Virus record (IMG/VR): IMGVR_UViG_3300005758_000027 | Location: 1 to 39,179 of that record | DNA from: a virus | Lineage: Duplodnaviria > Caudoviricetes | Length of the DNA: 39,179 bases | Direction: 5' to 3' (one strand) | Shown here: positions 26,840 to 35,033 of the stretch, piece by piece | Numbering within the stretch: the stretch's first letter is position 1 | Layout: every line of letters starts with the position of its first letter | Made by a program: the position numbers and the translations under genes | Notes under the pieces: model-generated | What the model was told of the DNA's origin: nothing | Database searches by the model: none | The model's input: only the letters and a program-made list of their open reading frames with translations

Positions 26840-27349
26840 ATGGCAGCAGGCAGCACATATACACCAATTGCGACTCAAACACTTGGGAGTGCAACTAATT
26901 TAGTTACTTTTTCTTCAATTCCATCTACGTATACTGATTTAATTGTGGTATGCGTTCCAGGAACAGCACAATTACAAGATATGTATTTTAGAGTTAATGG
27001 TGATTCTGGAGCAAATTATTCTTGGACTCATTTATATGGTACTGGTAGTGCTGCTGGTTCGGTTAGGTCATCTGGTAATGCTGCTGGTATGGCAGACTAT
27101 TACGGCGCACCTAATTTAACGGTTGGCACATCTAATCAAATTTTACAATTTATGAATTATTCAAATTCAACTACATATAAAACAATTTTAACTCGTTCAA
27201 ATAGAGCCGATAGTGGAACAGATTTAACAGTAAATTTATGGAAATCAACAGCAGCAATTAATGAAATACAATTTAGAATGAGCGGTGGAGCAACAATTAA
27301 TTTTCTTGCTGGTTCTACCTTTACCCTCTATGGAATCACCGCTGCTTAA
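26840..27349 (+). CDS. Putative receptor-binding tip subunit, type B copy 2
   Basis: STYTPIAT, FSSIPSTYTDL, MNYS, GSTFTLYGI. Confidence 0.7.
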   Translation: MAAGSTYTPIATQTLGSATNLVTFSSIPSTYTDLIVVCVPGTAQLQDMYFRVNGDSGANYSWTHLYGTGSAAGSVRSSGNAAGMADYYGAPNLTVGTSNQILQFMNYSNSTTYKTILTRSNRADSGTDLTVNLWKSTAAINEIQFRMSGGATINFLAGSTFTLYGITAA

Positions 27350-27358
27350 GGAGCAACT

Positions 27359-27892
27359 ATGCCAAATACAATGACACTTATTAGTTCCTATACAGCATCA
27401 GGCTCTGTTTCGTCTATTGACTTTAGTAGTATTCCACAAACTTATACAGACTTGATGCTTTATGCATCATTGAGAAATTCATCAACTGGTGAAGTATCTC
27501 CACCTATCCAGCGTTGTGAATTAATTATTAATAATACTACTACTGGTGGACTGTATTCAGTAAAACTTCTTTATGGTGAGGCAGGCGTAGGTTCTGCAGG
27601 TGGCTCTGGTGCTGATAGAAACTTCTACTCAGGTGCCGCTGTTTCATCTGGAGCAACAGCAAACACTTTCTCTAATGTTTCTTTTTATATACCAAACTAT
27701 ACAAGTTCAAATAATAAATCTTTTAGTATTGATTCTGCTACTGAAAATAATGGAACATACCCTGGAACAAGTATTACTGCTGGACTATGGGCTAGTAGTG
27801 CAGCAATAAATCGTTTGACATTAAAACCATATGACGGTTCTAACTTTGTCCAGTACAGCACTATGTACTTGTACGGAATCAAAAACTCATAA
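27359..27892 (+). CDS. Putative receptor-binding tip subunit, type C copy 2
   Basis: FSSIPQTYTDL, ANTFS, YIPNYTSS, YLYGIKNS. Confidence 0.7.
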   Translation: MPNTMTLISSYTASGSVSSIDFSSIPQTYTDLMLYASLRNSSTGEVSPPIQRCELIINNTTTGGLYSVKLLYGEAGVGSAGGSGADRNFYSGAAVSSGATANTFSNVSFYIPNYTSSNNKSFSIDSATENNGTYPGTSITAGLWASSAAINRLTLKPYDGSNFVQYSTMYLYGIKNS

Positions 27893-27914
27893 CAACAACT
27901 AAGGAGCAAAACAA

Positions 27915-28151
27915 ATGACAGATACACCGATTGCAATCGAGGTCAACTGCGAAACTGGGGAAGTTGTTGAACGTCCTCTTACAGCAGAAGAAATCGCACA
28001 GCGTGAAGTAGATGCGGCTGCAGCAGCAGCACGCAAGGCAGAAGAAGATGCAGCAGCAGAAGCACTCGCTGCACTCAAGGCATCTGCTAAGGCTAAGTTG
28101 GTAGCAGGAACACCACTTACCGAAGAAGAAGCAGCAACACTAGTTATCTAA
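27915..28151 (+). CDS. Small tail fibre assembly/chaperone-like protein
   Basis: EVNCETGEVVERPLTAEE then an Ala-rich helix; follows the tip cassette. Confidence 0.6.
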   Translation: MTDTPIAIEVNCETGEVVERPLTAEEIAQREVDAAAAAARKAEEDAAAEALAALKASAKAKLVAGTPLTEEEAATLVI

Positions 28152-28211
28152 TCAGTTCCCTGGGTATGGACTTAAACTGCCCACTTAATTTTCTATTAGT
28201 GGAGGTTCGCC

Positions 28212-30203
28212 TTGGCAGGCAGAGACATAACCGAGGGTCGTGCTAGTTATGCTATCGCTACAGATATTGGCGTAGCATCGTCGACTGCAATTTGGCAGAA
28301 CACAGATGTAGCATACGACATTGCTATAGGCGGACTCCCATTCATCTATGCAATCAATGATGCACGTGAGTACCAGCGTCAGACTGCACCATTTCGTAAG
28401 GACCAATTCGACAATGGCACTGAGCCTGGCGAGCAGTCTCTGACTGGTTGGTGGATTCGTAGTCAGATGTCATTCCACTCTGGCAGCGGCATTAAGTTCT
28501 ATGACCCAGCAACCACTGACGAGAATGGTCACTACCGCTTTGCTGATTCTAAGGGTCTAGATGTTTGGACTAAGGGTGAGGTAACTCTACTTAAAAACTG
28601 CACATCTACCCATATAACTACTGGTGCTATCGCATCTAATGGAACGCCACAGCAGCACGTTCGCTCAATCAAGTGGAACACTACATCAGGTGTATTGTTA
28701 CACGACGAGTATGACGTAGATAAGATTGCAGTTGACGGTACAGTTACTCACTTCATTGACTACAATGCAGGCGCTGGGGTTTACCCAGTCTATGCAATCT
28801 GTGATGACGGTACATACGCCTACTGGATTACAAAAATTACTGATGCTGGTGTAGTCAAGACTGCTATGTACAAGAAGCCATTAACTGGCTCATCTGCCTC
28901 AACTGCAGACGAAGTACAAATGTGGAAAGACTCAAGCATTGTAGTAACTAACGCTGCTATGGAGTATGTCAAAGAACGTATCGTAGTCTGTATCAATAAC
29001 AAAGTCTATGAGATGTCATCTTCTGCTACGGCTTTGCCTACGCCAGTTTATACACACCCATCTTCTACCCACGTGTACACATCAGTGTCTGCATCAGGTG
29101 CTGCAATATACATTTCTGGATACAATGGCATTCAATCCACCATTCAGAAGTTCACACTATCTACAGCGGGCGTAATGCCTACGCTGACATCAGCAGTAGT
29201 CGCAGCAGAACTACCAGTGGGTGAAGTAGTACATAGAATCTTCTACTACCTTGGCTATATGATGATTGGTACAGACAAAGGTGTACGTGCTGCAGCAGTA
29301 TCTGACCAGGACGGCTCACTTAACTACGGTCCACTGATTGTAGAAACATCACAGCCCTGCTATGACTTTGCTGCCCGCGACCACTACGTGTGGTGCGCTA
29401 CTGGAGTGGACGGTGAAGCAGGTGTAATCCGCATTGACCTATCCAATGAACTAGAAACTCTACGCTTTGCTTGGGCTAATGATTTGTATATGGACGGTGT
29501 TACTGGACACTCAACTACAGGCTGTGCCTTTGCAGATGGAACTGACCGACTTGTATTTGTTACTGACCACGCTTCGTCAGAAGATGGCGCTATCTACATT
29601 GAAGATGCTTCTACTCTTCGCACATCAGGTTACATTACCACAGGTAACATCCGCTACGGAACTCTTGAGCCTAAGAACTTTAAGCGCCTTCTAGGACGCG
29701 GTGACTTTACTTACGGTTCTATGACGCTAGAAACTGTAGACAAAGACGGCATTGAGTATGACCACATCTCATACGATTCATCTGTACCACCTATCGAGGT
29801 TTCTACATCTAATCCCGACACGGCGCAAGAGTATGTAGCCTATAAGTTTATTCTTTATCGTGATGCTGACGACAATACATTGGGTCCTACCTTCAAGGGC
29901 TATCAGGCTAAAGCAACTATTGCAACCCCGCGCCAGCGGATAATCCAGTTTCCTGTCTACTGCTTTGACACAGAGACGGATAGATATAACGTAGTGACTG
30001 GCTATGAGGGACGTGCGTGGGAACGTATTGAACTATTGGAAGACATTGAAGAATCAGGTGACATAGTTACTTGGCAAGATTTGACAACTAATGAATCTCG
30101 TCAAGTAGTTATTGAACAGATTGCATTTAGACGCGGTACTCCACCAGATAAAGGTATGTCTGGCTTTGGAGGAATTATTACTATCACGGTCAGGACGGTG
30201 TAA
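28212..30203 (+). CDS. Putative tail tubular protein B (nozzle)
   Basis: 663 aa beta-rich propeller-like protein; TTG start with GGAGG RBS. Confidence 0.65.
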   Translation: MAGRDITEGRASYAIATDIGVASSTAIWQNTDVAYDIAIGGLPFIYAINDAREYQRQTAPFRKDQFDNGTEPGEQSLTGWWIRSQMSFHSGSGIKFYDPATTDENGHYRFADSKGLDVWTKGEVTLLKNCTSTHITTGAIASNGTPQQHVRSIKWNTTSGVLLHDEYDVDKIAVDGTVTHFIDYNAGAGVYPVYAICDDGTYAYWITKITDAGVVKTAMYKKPLTGSSASTADEVQMWKDSSIVVTNAAMEYVKERIVVCINNKVYEMSSSATALPTPVYTHPSSTHVYTSVSASGAAIYISGYNGIQSTIQKFTLSTAGVMPTLTSAVVAAELPVGEVVHRIFYYLGYMMIGTDKGVRAAAVSDQDGSLNYGPLIVETSQPCYDFAARDHYVWCATGVDGEAGVIRIDLSNELETLRFAWANDLYMDGVTGHSTTGCAFADGTDRLVFVTDHASSEDGAIYIEDASTLRTSGYITTGNIRYGTLEPKNFKRLLGRGDFTYGSMTLETVDKDGIEYDHISYDSSVPPIEVSTSNPDTAQEYVAYKFILYRDADDNTLGPTFKGYQAKATIATPRQRIIQFPVYCFDTETDRYNVVTGYEGRAWERIELLEDIEESGDIVTWQDLTTNESRQVVIEQIAFRRGTPPDKGMSGFGGIITITVRTV

Positions 30204-30427
30204 TGTCTGCAGCAGAATGGGCAGGCTTTGCCGTTGCCATTATGACATTGATTGCAGGATTCACAGCAGCAATCAGATGGTTAGTACAACACTACTTAGC
30301 AGAACTAAAACCAAATGGTGGAGGTTCAATGAGGGACGCAGTTAATATCAACACCGAACGATTGGACCGAGTTGAACAACGCGTTGACCAGATTTATCTC
30401 ATCCTCTGCGAAAGAGAAACTAAGTAA
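30203..30427 (+). CDS. Small TM plus coiled-coil protein (holin-like/lysis-associated)
   Basis: N-terminal TM, ELKPNGGGSMRD motif, coiled coil. Confidence 0.7.
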   Translation: MSAAEWAGFAVAIMTLIAGFTAAIRWLVQHYLAELKPNGGGSMRDAVNINTERLDRVEQRVDQIYLILCERETK

Positions 30428-31862
30428 GTACGCAGTATTTCTTATCGTCCTAGGCACTTCATTCTTTTGGAGTCCTACTGCTAATGCTGATGGCACGTGG
30501 CAGGCTACCAACGGCAATGTATCTGGTAACACCGTACAGTTTGATTATCGTGGTGGCTCTGCCACCTACACAGGAAATGTCACTGATGGTTCAACTGTAA
30601 CTGTCACAGTCAATAATACGATTGCTAACTGCATTGGTACTTGCACACCAATACCAGATGTGTGGACTGTATCAATTAATGGTCAGTCATACTCAGGTAA
30701 TGCGATTGAGATTGTAACTTTAACTGCACAGGTATCAGGTCAATTAACTATCGCTGCAACTGGTATAGATGCTGGATTCTGGGGTGGATGGTATGGACCA
30801 ATCATCACTGTATCTATCTCAAGCCCTGCTCCAGAGCCTGTGCCATCTCCTGAACCAACTCCAACAGTTACGCCTGGTCCAAGTCCTTCTCCAACTGAGA
30901 CAGTGACTGCATCACCAAGTCCAACTGAAAGTCCAACAGTTTCCTCTTCGCCTGAGCCATCTGCAACTCCGTCTGAGTCTCCAAGTCCTCAACCAGATAC
31001 GAATACTGTATCCACAACTCCAACTCCGACTCCAAGCGAGAGCGCAACAGTAGCAACAGAGACTGTAACTGCAACAAATCAAGAGACATCTACTGCCCCT
31101 TCTGATACATCAACTGTGACAACGGAACCAGTGCAACCTGCACCTGAACCTGCGCCGAGTATACCTACTCCGCCTCCAGCAGTGGAACCTGAACCAACTC
31201 CTGTGCCCCAGGCTCCAGCACCTCAACCTGAGCCTCAGCCTCAGCCAGTGCCAACGCCTGTTGAGCCAGTTGCTGAATCCCCTGTTGAGCCAGAGCCTCC
31301 ATTGACTGAAGAAGTTCCTGAGGAACCTCCAGTTCCAGTAGAGGAGCCTCCTGCTCCTGCGGAAGAGCCAGAAGTTGTTGAAGAGCCACAGCCTGTCGAA
31401 GAACCGATTGAACCTCCCGTTGAAGAAGTTGAGCCTGATACTCCAGTTGAGGAGATTCTTCAGGAACAGCCTGAACAAGAGCCTGAGCCTTTGCCTGAGC
31501 CAGTCGCAGAACCTGCGCCAACATCTCAGCCTGATACCTCATCACAACCTCCTAGTGTGTCTAGTGTAGACCTTACAAGTTTAGCACCTGATACGCCAGT
31601 TACCTTGGGTAACGGCGTGGTTGTTACAGCAGAAGTCGCAATCGCTGTGGCTTTACTGCAGGACCCAGGCGAATTACTACAAGAATTATTTACTGACCCA
31701 GGTGCAGCCTTGGCTGCCCTTGGAAGTGTAGGTGCAGACCTACCGCCAGAGGTGCGTGAGACCGCCGAAGAAGTGGTTGTATCCGCCATCATTGCAGGGG
31801 GCATAGCAACACAAGCAGCAGCATCCGCTGCAGCAACAGCAACCTACAGGAGAAAACCTTGA
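30372..31862 (+). CDS. Exported Pro/Glu/Thr-rich membrane-associated protein
   Basis: Signal peptide ending ANA-D, beta domain, long PE/PT linker, hydrophobic C-terminus followed by RRKP. Start uncertain. Confidence 0.7.
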   Translation: MNNALTRFISSSAKEKLSKYAVFLIVLGTSFFWSPTANADGTWQATNGNVSGNTVQFDYRGGSATYTGNVTDGSTVTVTVNNTIANCIGTCTPIPDVWTVSINGQSYSGNAIEIVTLTAQVSGQLTIAATGIDAGFWGGWYGPIITVSISSPAPEPVPSPEPTPTVTPGPSPSPTETVTASPSPTESPTVSSSPEPSATPSESPSPQPDTNTVSTTPTPTPSESATVATETVTATNQETSTAPSDTSTVTTEPVQPAPEPAPSIPTPPPAVEPEPTPVPQAPAPQPEPQPQPVPTPVEPVAESPVEPEPPLTEEVPEEPPVPVEEPPAPAEEPEVVEEPQPVEEPIEPPVEEVEPDTPVEEILQEQPEQEPEPLPEPVAEPAPTSQPDTSSQPPSVSSVDLTSLAPDTPVTLGNGVVVTAEVAIAVALLQDPGELLQELFTDPGAALAALGSVGADLPPEVRETAEEVVVSAIIAGGIATQAAASAAATATYRRKP

Positions 31863-32035
31863 TAAAGAAAATCTTTTCTGATATAGCAAATCAACTATGG
31901 ACACTCCTTGGAATGTTCGTTGCTTGGGTAGTCCTCGAAGGCTCAGCCAAGACAGTAGTTGGTTACTCAATTGTTATCTGTCTAGTTGTATGGACAGTTA
32001 CTTTCAAACTACGTAACCTAAAGGACGATGAATAA
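31859..32035 (+). CDS. Two-TM small membrane protein (58 aa)
   Basis: TTG start with TTGA overlap: MIKKIFSDIANQLWTLLGMFVAWVVLEGSAKTVVGYSIVICLVVWTVTFKLRNLKDDE. Confidence 0.7.
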   Translation: MIKKIFSDIANQLWTLLGMFVAWVVLEGSAKTVVGYSIVICLVVWTVTFKLRNLKDDE

Positions 32036-32277
32036 TGGACACACTCAAGAATGTGATGATGCGAATCCTCGCAGTAATCGCAGCCGAAGCACTAGGTGTT
32101 ATCGGTGCAGGTTCCTTGGTAGGTATCGAAGTATGGCAGGCAGCGGTCCTTGCTGGTGCACTAGGTGCAGCACGAGTACTTGAAGCCCTAGCCCGCTTCT
32201 ATCTATCAGATGGCAACCTAACTGCAGAAGAAATCAATGCTGCCTTTGCTAAGGTGGACAAGAAGGCGAGTGAATAA
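32035..32277 (+). CDS. Membrane protein (holin-like)
   Basis: Two hydrophobic segments and a charged C-terminus. Confidence 0.7.
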   Translation: MDTLKNVMMRILAVIAAEALGVIGAGSLVGIEVWQAAVLAGALGAARVLEALARFYLSDGNLTAEEINAAFAKVDKKASE

Positions 32278-32786
32278 TGGGTCAACGTAATGACTTTATC
32301 AAAGTGGCACGCGGGGAAGTCGGTGTCATAGAAGGACCAAAAGATAACGAGACAAAGTACGGCGCTTTCACCAAGGCTAACTTCCTACCTTGGTGTGGCT
32401 CGTTCGTGATGTGGTGTGCAAATGAAGTGGGACTTAAGATTCCTAATGTGGTCAGCACTCTGGCGGGAGCGCAAGCGTTCATTAAAAAGAATGCTTGGGA
32501 GAAAGTAGATGAAGCGACTCCACTCCCTGGGGATATTGTTTTCTTTGATTTTCCCAATGATGGTATTGACCGTATTAGTCACGTTGGAATCGTGGTTAGA
32601 GACAACGGAGACGGAACTGTAACCTGTATCGAAGGTAATACCAGCCCTGACAAGAAGGGCGACCAGCGCAACGGAGGAGAAGTCTGCCTCAAGAAGCGTG
32701 CCTATAAGAAAAAGAATGGCTCAGCCCTCAAGAAGTCACTACCTGTGTACATCGTGGGATTCGGCAAGCCAGTCTTCAAATCATAA
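32277..32786 (+). CDS. Endolysin, CHAP-domain amidase/peptidase
   Basis: PWCGSFV, PGDIVFFD, SHVGIV, IEGNT. Confidence 0.88.
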   Translation: MGQRNDFIKVARGEVGVIEGPKDNETKYGAFTKANFLPWCGSFVMWCANEVGLKIPNVVSTLAGAQAFIKKNAWEKVDEATPLPGDIVFFDFPNDGIDRISHVGIVVRDNGDGTVTCIEGNTSPDKKGDQRNGGEVCLKKRAYKKKNGSALKKSLPVYIVGFGKPVFKS

Positions 32787-32795
32787 GGAGAACAT

Positions 32796-32987
32796 ATGTT
32801 CGACACAAACAAACTCAAGCAAATCGGACTGTCATACTTCCGAGCAGCAGCCACCGCAGTGGTCGCTCTCTATATGGCAGGACAGCACGACCCTAAGGTA
32901 CTCGCTTCTGCGTTTATCGCAGGCTTCGTAGGTCCAATCCTCAAGGCTTTGGACGCCAACTCACCAGAGTTTGGTCGCAAGAAGTAA
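32796..32987 (+). CDS. Holin-like protein
   Basis: Two short TM segments and an EFGRKK tail, directly after the endolysin. Confidence 0.7.
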   Translation: MFDTNKLKQIGLSYFRAAATAVVALYMAGQHDPKVLASAFIAGFVGPILKALDANSPEFGRKK

Positions 32988-33028
32988 CCATTTAACACCC
33001 CATTCTAGGGGGCTAGCAGCCCCGTAGA

Positions 33029-33082
33029 GACAAGAAGACCCCCGACCCTAGTATCACTACTATGGAAGGGGGTCCTTTTGTC
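33029..33082 (+). terminator. Intrinsic terminator of the late operon
   Basis: GACCCCC (33037-43)/GGGGGTC (33068-74) stem followed by CTTTTGTCGTTT. Confidence 0.6.
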
Positions 33083-33199
33083 GTTTCTGGTGGCTTTGGT
33101 CCCACGACGGACCTCTGCACTTAAGGAAAATAAGTCGTGCTCATTTACCAGTCGTGGTAGAACGGTACCAAAAATGGTACGGTTTTGACATTAGGTTAT

Positions 33200-33243
33200 C
33201 GGCGTGTCGCTATCCTGCAATCAGGTCAGGGTATGTGTATAAT
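33200..33243 (+). promoter_or_regulatory. Promoter of the replication operon (strong -10 plus upstream GTGTC box)
   Basis: TGTG-TATAAT (-10 at 33238-33243), weak -35, CGGCGTGTCG at 33200-33209. Confidence 0.5.
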
Positions 33244-33326
33244 TTATATATATAATAAATAATATATATAAGGCGCTAAGGCGCCTATATAATATATATT
33301 ATATAATATATATAATCAACTGAATA

Positions 33327-33394
33327 TTAGATAGGTCCCCTCATTGAGTCACCTCCTGTCCTCTGAGGGGGTCTATCTAAACTACCGACAGGAG
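33327..33394 (+). promoter_or_regulatory. Leader hairpin/pseudoknot able to sequester the RBS
   Basis: 17-bp stem 33327-43/33364-80; loop CTCCTGTC is complementary to RBS GACAGGAG at 33387-94. Confidence 0.55.
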
Positions 33395-33400
33395 AAACCA

Positions 33401-33550
33401 ATGTGGAATCCATTTAAGAAAAACTATACAAATACAGAAGAATTCTGGGATAATCTCATCACCTTATCTGAGGCAGTAATTGCACTGCAAGTATCAGTTA
33501 AAGAACTACGAGAAGAAGTAGATTACCTAGTAGACTTCCTCGATGATTAA
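33401..33550 (+). CDS. Small coiled-coil protein (49 aa)
   Basis: MWNPFKKNY... after the GACAGGAG RBS. Confidence 0.65.
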   Translation: MWNPFKKNYTNTEEFWDNLITLSEAVIALQVSVKELREEVDYLVDFLDD

Positions 33551-33728
33551 ACTTGACTCATACGAATTACCTGAGCACATCAGTTACTCAGCGTTCACAA
33601 CTTATCTGACCTGTGGTTATCAGTACTACCTAGGTCGACTACTTCAGGTTCCAGAGGAACCATCCATTTGGTCAGCAGGAGGGCGGGCGTTTCACCACGC
33701 GACGGAGTTATATGACTATGACAATTGA
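33543..33728 (+). CDS. Cas4/RecB-like PD-(D/E)XK exonuclease, N-terminal part
   Basis: HISYSAFTTYLTCGYQYYL...GRAFH..E is the typical N-terminus of PDDEXK_1 nucleases. Confidence 0.8.
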   Translation: MIKLDSYELPEHISYSAFTTYLTCGYQYYLGRLLQVPEEPSIWSAGGRAFHHATELYDYDN

Positions 33729-33927
33729 ACCACAAGACATTGCACCAATCACCCTTGATTGGAAAACATACAGCACCATTATGACCGATAGGTACAATGA
33801 CGGGCGTACAGAAACCCGCAATGTAATTATCTCCAGACTTCGTGAAAAGTATGAAGAGACAGATGAACGTGACCCTATATGGGTTGGTCTTCAGGTTGCC
33901 ATTGATGTTGCGTTAGCGGCAAGATGA
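33712..33927 (+). CDS. Hypothetical protein inserted between the nuclease halves
   Basis: 71-aa ORF with GGAG RBS, overlapping both neighbours. Confidence 0.65.
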   Translation: MTMTIEPQDIAPITLDWKTYSTIMTDRYNDGRTETRNVIISRLREKYEETDERDPIWVGLQVAIDVALAAR

Positions 33928-34532
33928 TTACGACAACGAATGAACTGTGGGCTAAAGCCTGGCGCAAGGAAACCGAAGGAATAAATCTTGAGACTGCACG
34001 ACGTGCAGGTCGAGCCACTAAGGAGAATCCTAACAAAGAGGATGCTAACTGGTGGAATATCAATGGCTCTGTTTGGGTAGACAACTACATCAAATGGAGA
34101 CAGAACAATCCCGACTGGAAGATATGGACCACACCACAGGGTGCACGTGCCATTGAGTTGGAACTAAATCCAGTTATAGCAGGCGTGCCAGTGAAGATGT
34201 TCATTGACAGAATTTTTGAGGTTAACGGACAACTTGTGATTGTCGACCTTAAAACTTCACGGACACGTCCTACCTCTGACCTTCAGTTAGGCTTCTACAA
34301 AGTAGGGGTTGAACAGATGCTTGGAGTGGAAGTCAATCTAGGAAACTACTGGATGTCTCGTGAATCGGGGACAGGAGAGATGATTGACCTAAGTAGATAC
34401 ACCTTAGACACCCTCGAATATTTCGTGGATGGTTTTGACAAGGCTCGCAAGGCTGGTATATTTCTACCGAACCTACAATCGTGCAGTTTCTGTGGACTCA
34501 CAGAACATTGCCAATTCACAAAAGGAAAATAA
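33924..34532 (+). CDS. Cas4/RecB-like PD-(D/E)XK exonuclease, catalytic C-terminal part
   Basis: IELEL, FIDRI, IVDLKT, QLGFY, CSFC-x5-C. Confidence 0.85.
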   Translation: MITTTNELWAKAWRKETEGINLETARRAGRATKENPNKEDANWWNINGSVWVDNYIKWRQNNPDWKIWTTPQGARAIELELNPVIAGVPVKMFIDRIFEVNGQLVIVDLKTSRTRPTSDLQLGFYKVGVEQMLGVEVNLGNYWMSRESGTGEMIDLSRYTLDTLEYFVDGFDKARKAGIFLPNLQSCSFCGLTEHCQFTKGK

Positions 34533-34961
34533 ATGGCTAACGAAGATTGGAAACTACAAGTTTCTATGAAGGCACCTAACGGTGACTTGATTAATGTTCG
34601 TGCAAATACTGCTGATGAACTCAGTGTATTGCTCGAAGGCATCGGTGACTACTCGACACAGATTGCAGCCGTATCGAAGAAGGTTGCTGGTGCTTACACT
34701 CTCGTCCCTTTATCGACGCAGAGTTCCACTACAGACACAACGCAGTCTGGATTCTCGAATCAAACCCAGGCGGGCAATCCGTTCGGTGGGGCACCAATGC
34801 AAACCCCACCGCCCGCATCGGCGCAGCCAACAACACCAACGTGCGTACACGGCGCGAGAATCTTCCGACAGGGAGTAAGCAAGACAACAGGCAAACCATA
34901 CGCTTTCTGGGCGTGCCCGACACCTCAGGGAACACCTGACCAGTGTAAGCCAGTTAACTAA
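34533..34961 (+). CDS. Hypothetical replication/recombination protein with C-terminal Zn ribbon
   Basis: CVHG...GKPYAFWACP...C after a low-complexity linker. Confidence 0.7.
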   Translation: MANEDWKLQVSMKAPNGDLINVRANTADELSVLLEGIGDYSTQIAAVSKKVAGAYTLVPLSTQSSTTDTTQSGFSNQTQAGNPFGGAPMQTPPPASAQPTTPTCVHGARIFRQGVSKTTGKPYAFWACPTPQGTPDQCKPVN

Positions 34962-34967
34962 ATAAGA

Positions 34968-35014
34968 TTAGAGGTGGGGTAGTTAATCGGGGAAGGTGAC
35001 TGCCCCGCCTCTAA
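34968..35014 (+). other. Long intergenic RNA hairpin
   Basis: 18-bp stem with three G-U pairs on the + strand; loop ATCGGGGAAGG. Confidence 0.6.
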
Positions 35015-35033
35015 CATTAGACAGGAGAAGTCA

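Noticed and set aside
24641-27892. Diversity-generating retroelement or invertible shufflon
   Set aside because: No reverse transcriptase, template/variable repeat pair, recombinase or inverted cassettes are visible.
33048-33060. 13-nt match CTAGTATCACTAC to the promoter spacer at 1689-1701 (minus strand)
   Set aside because: Several 13-mer matches are expected by chance in 39 kb, and the two contexts (promoter spacer, terminator loop) differ.
33185-33216. TTGACA...TATCCT promoter
   Set aside because: The spacer is 20 nt, too long for a sigma-A promoter.
33543-34532. CRISPR-associated cas4 locus, or an intron/intein in the nuclease
   Set aside because: No cas1, repeats, group I/II intron cores, homing endonuclease or intein motifs were seen.
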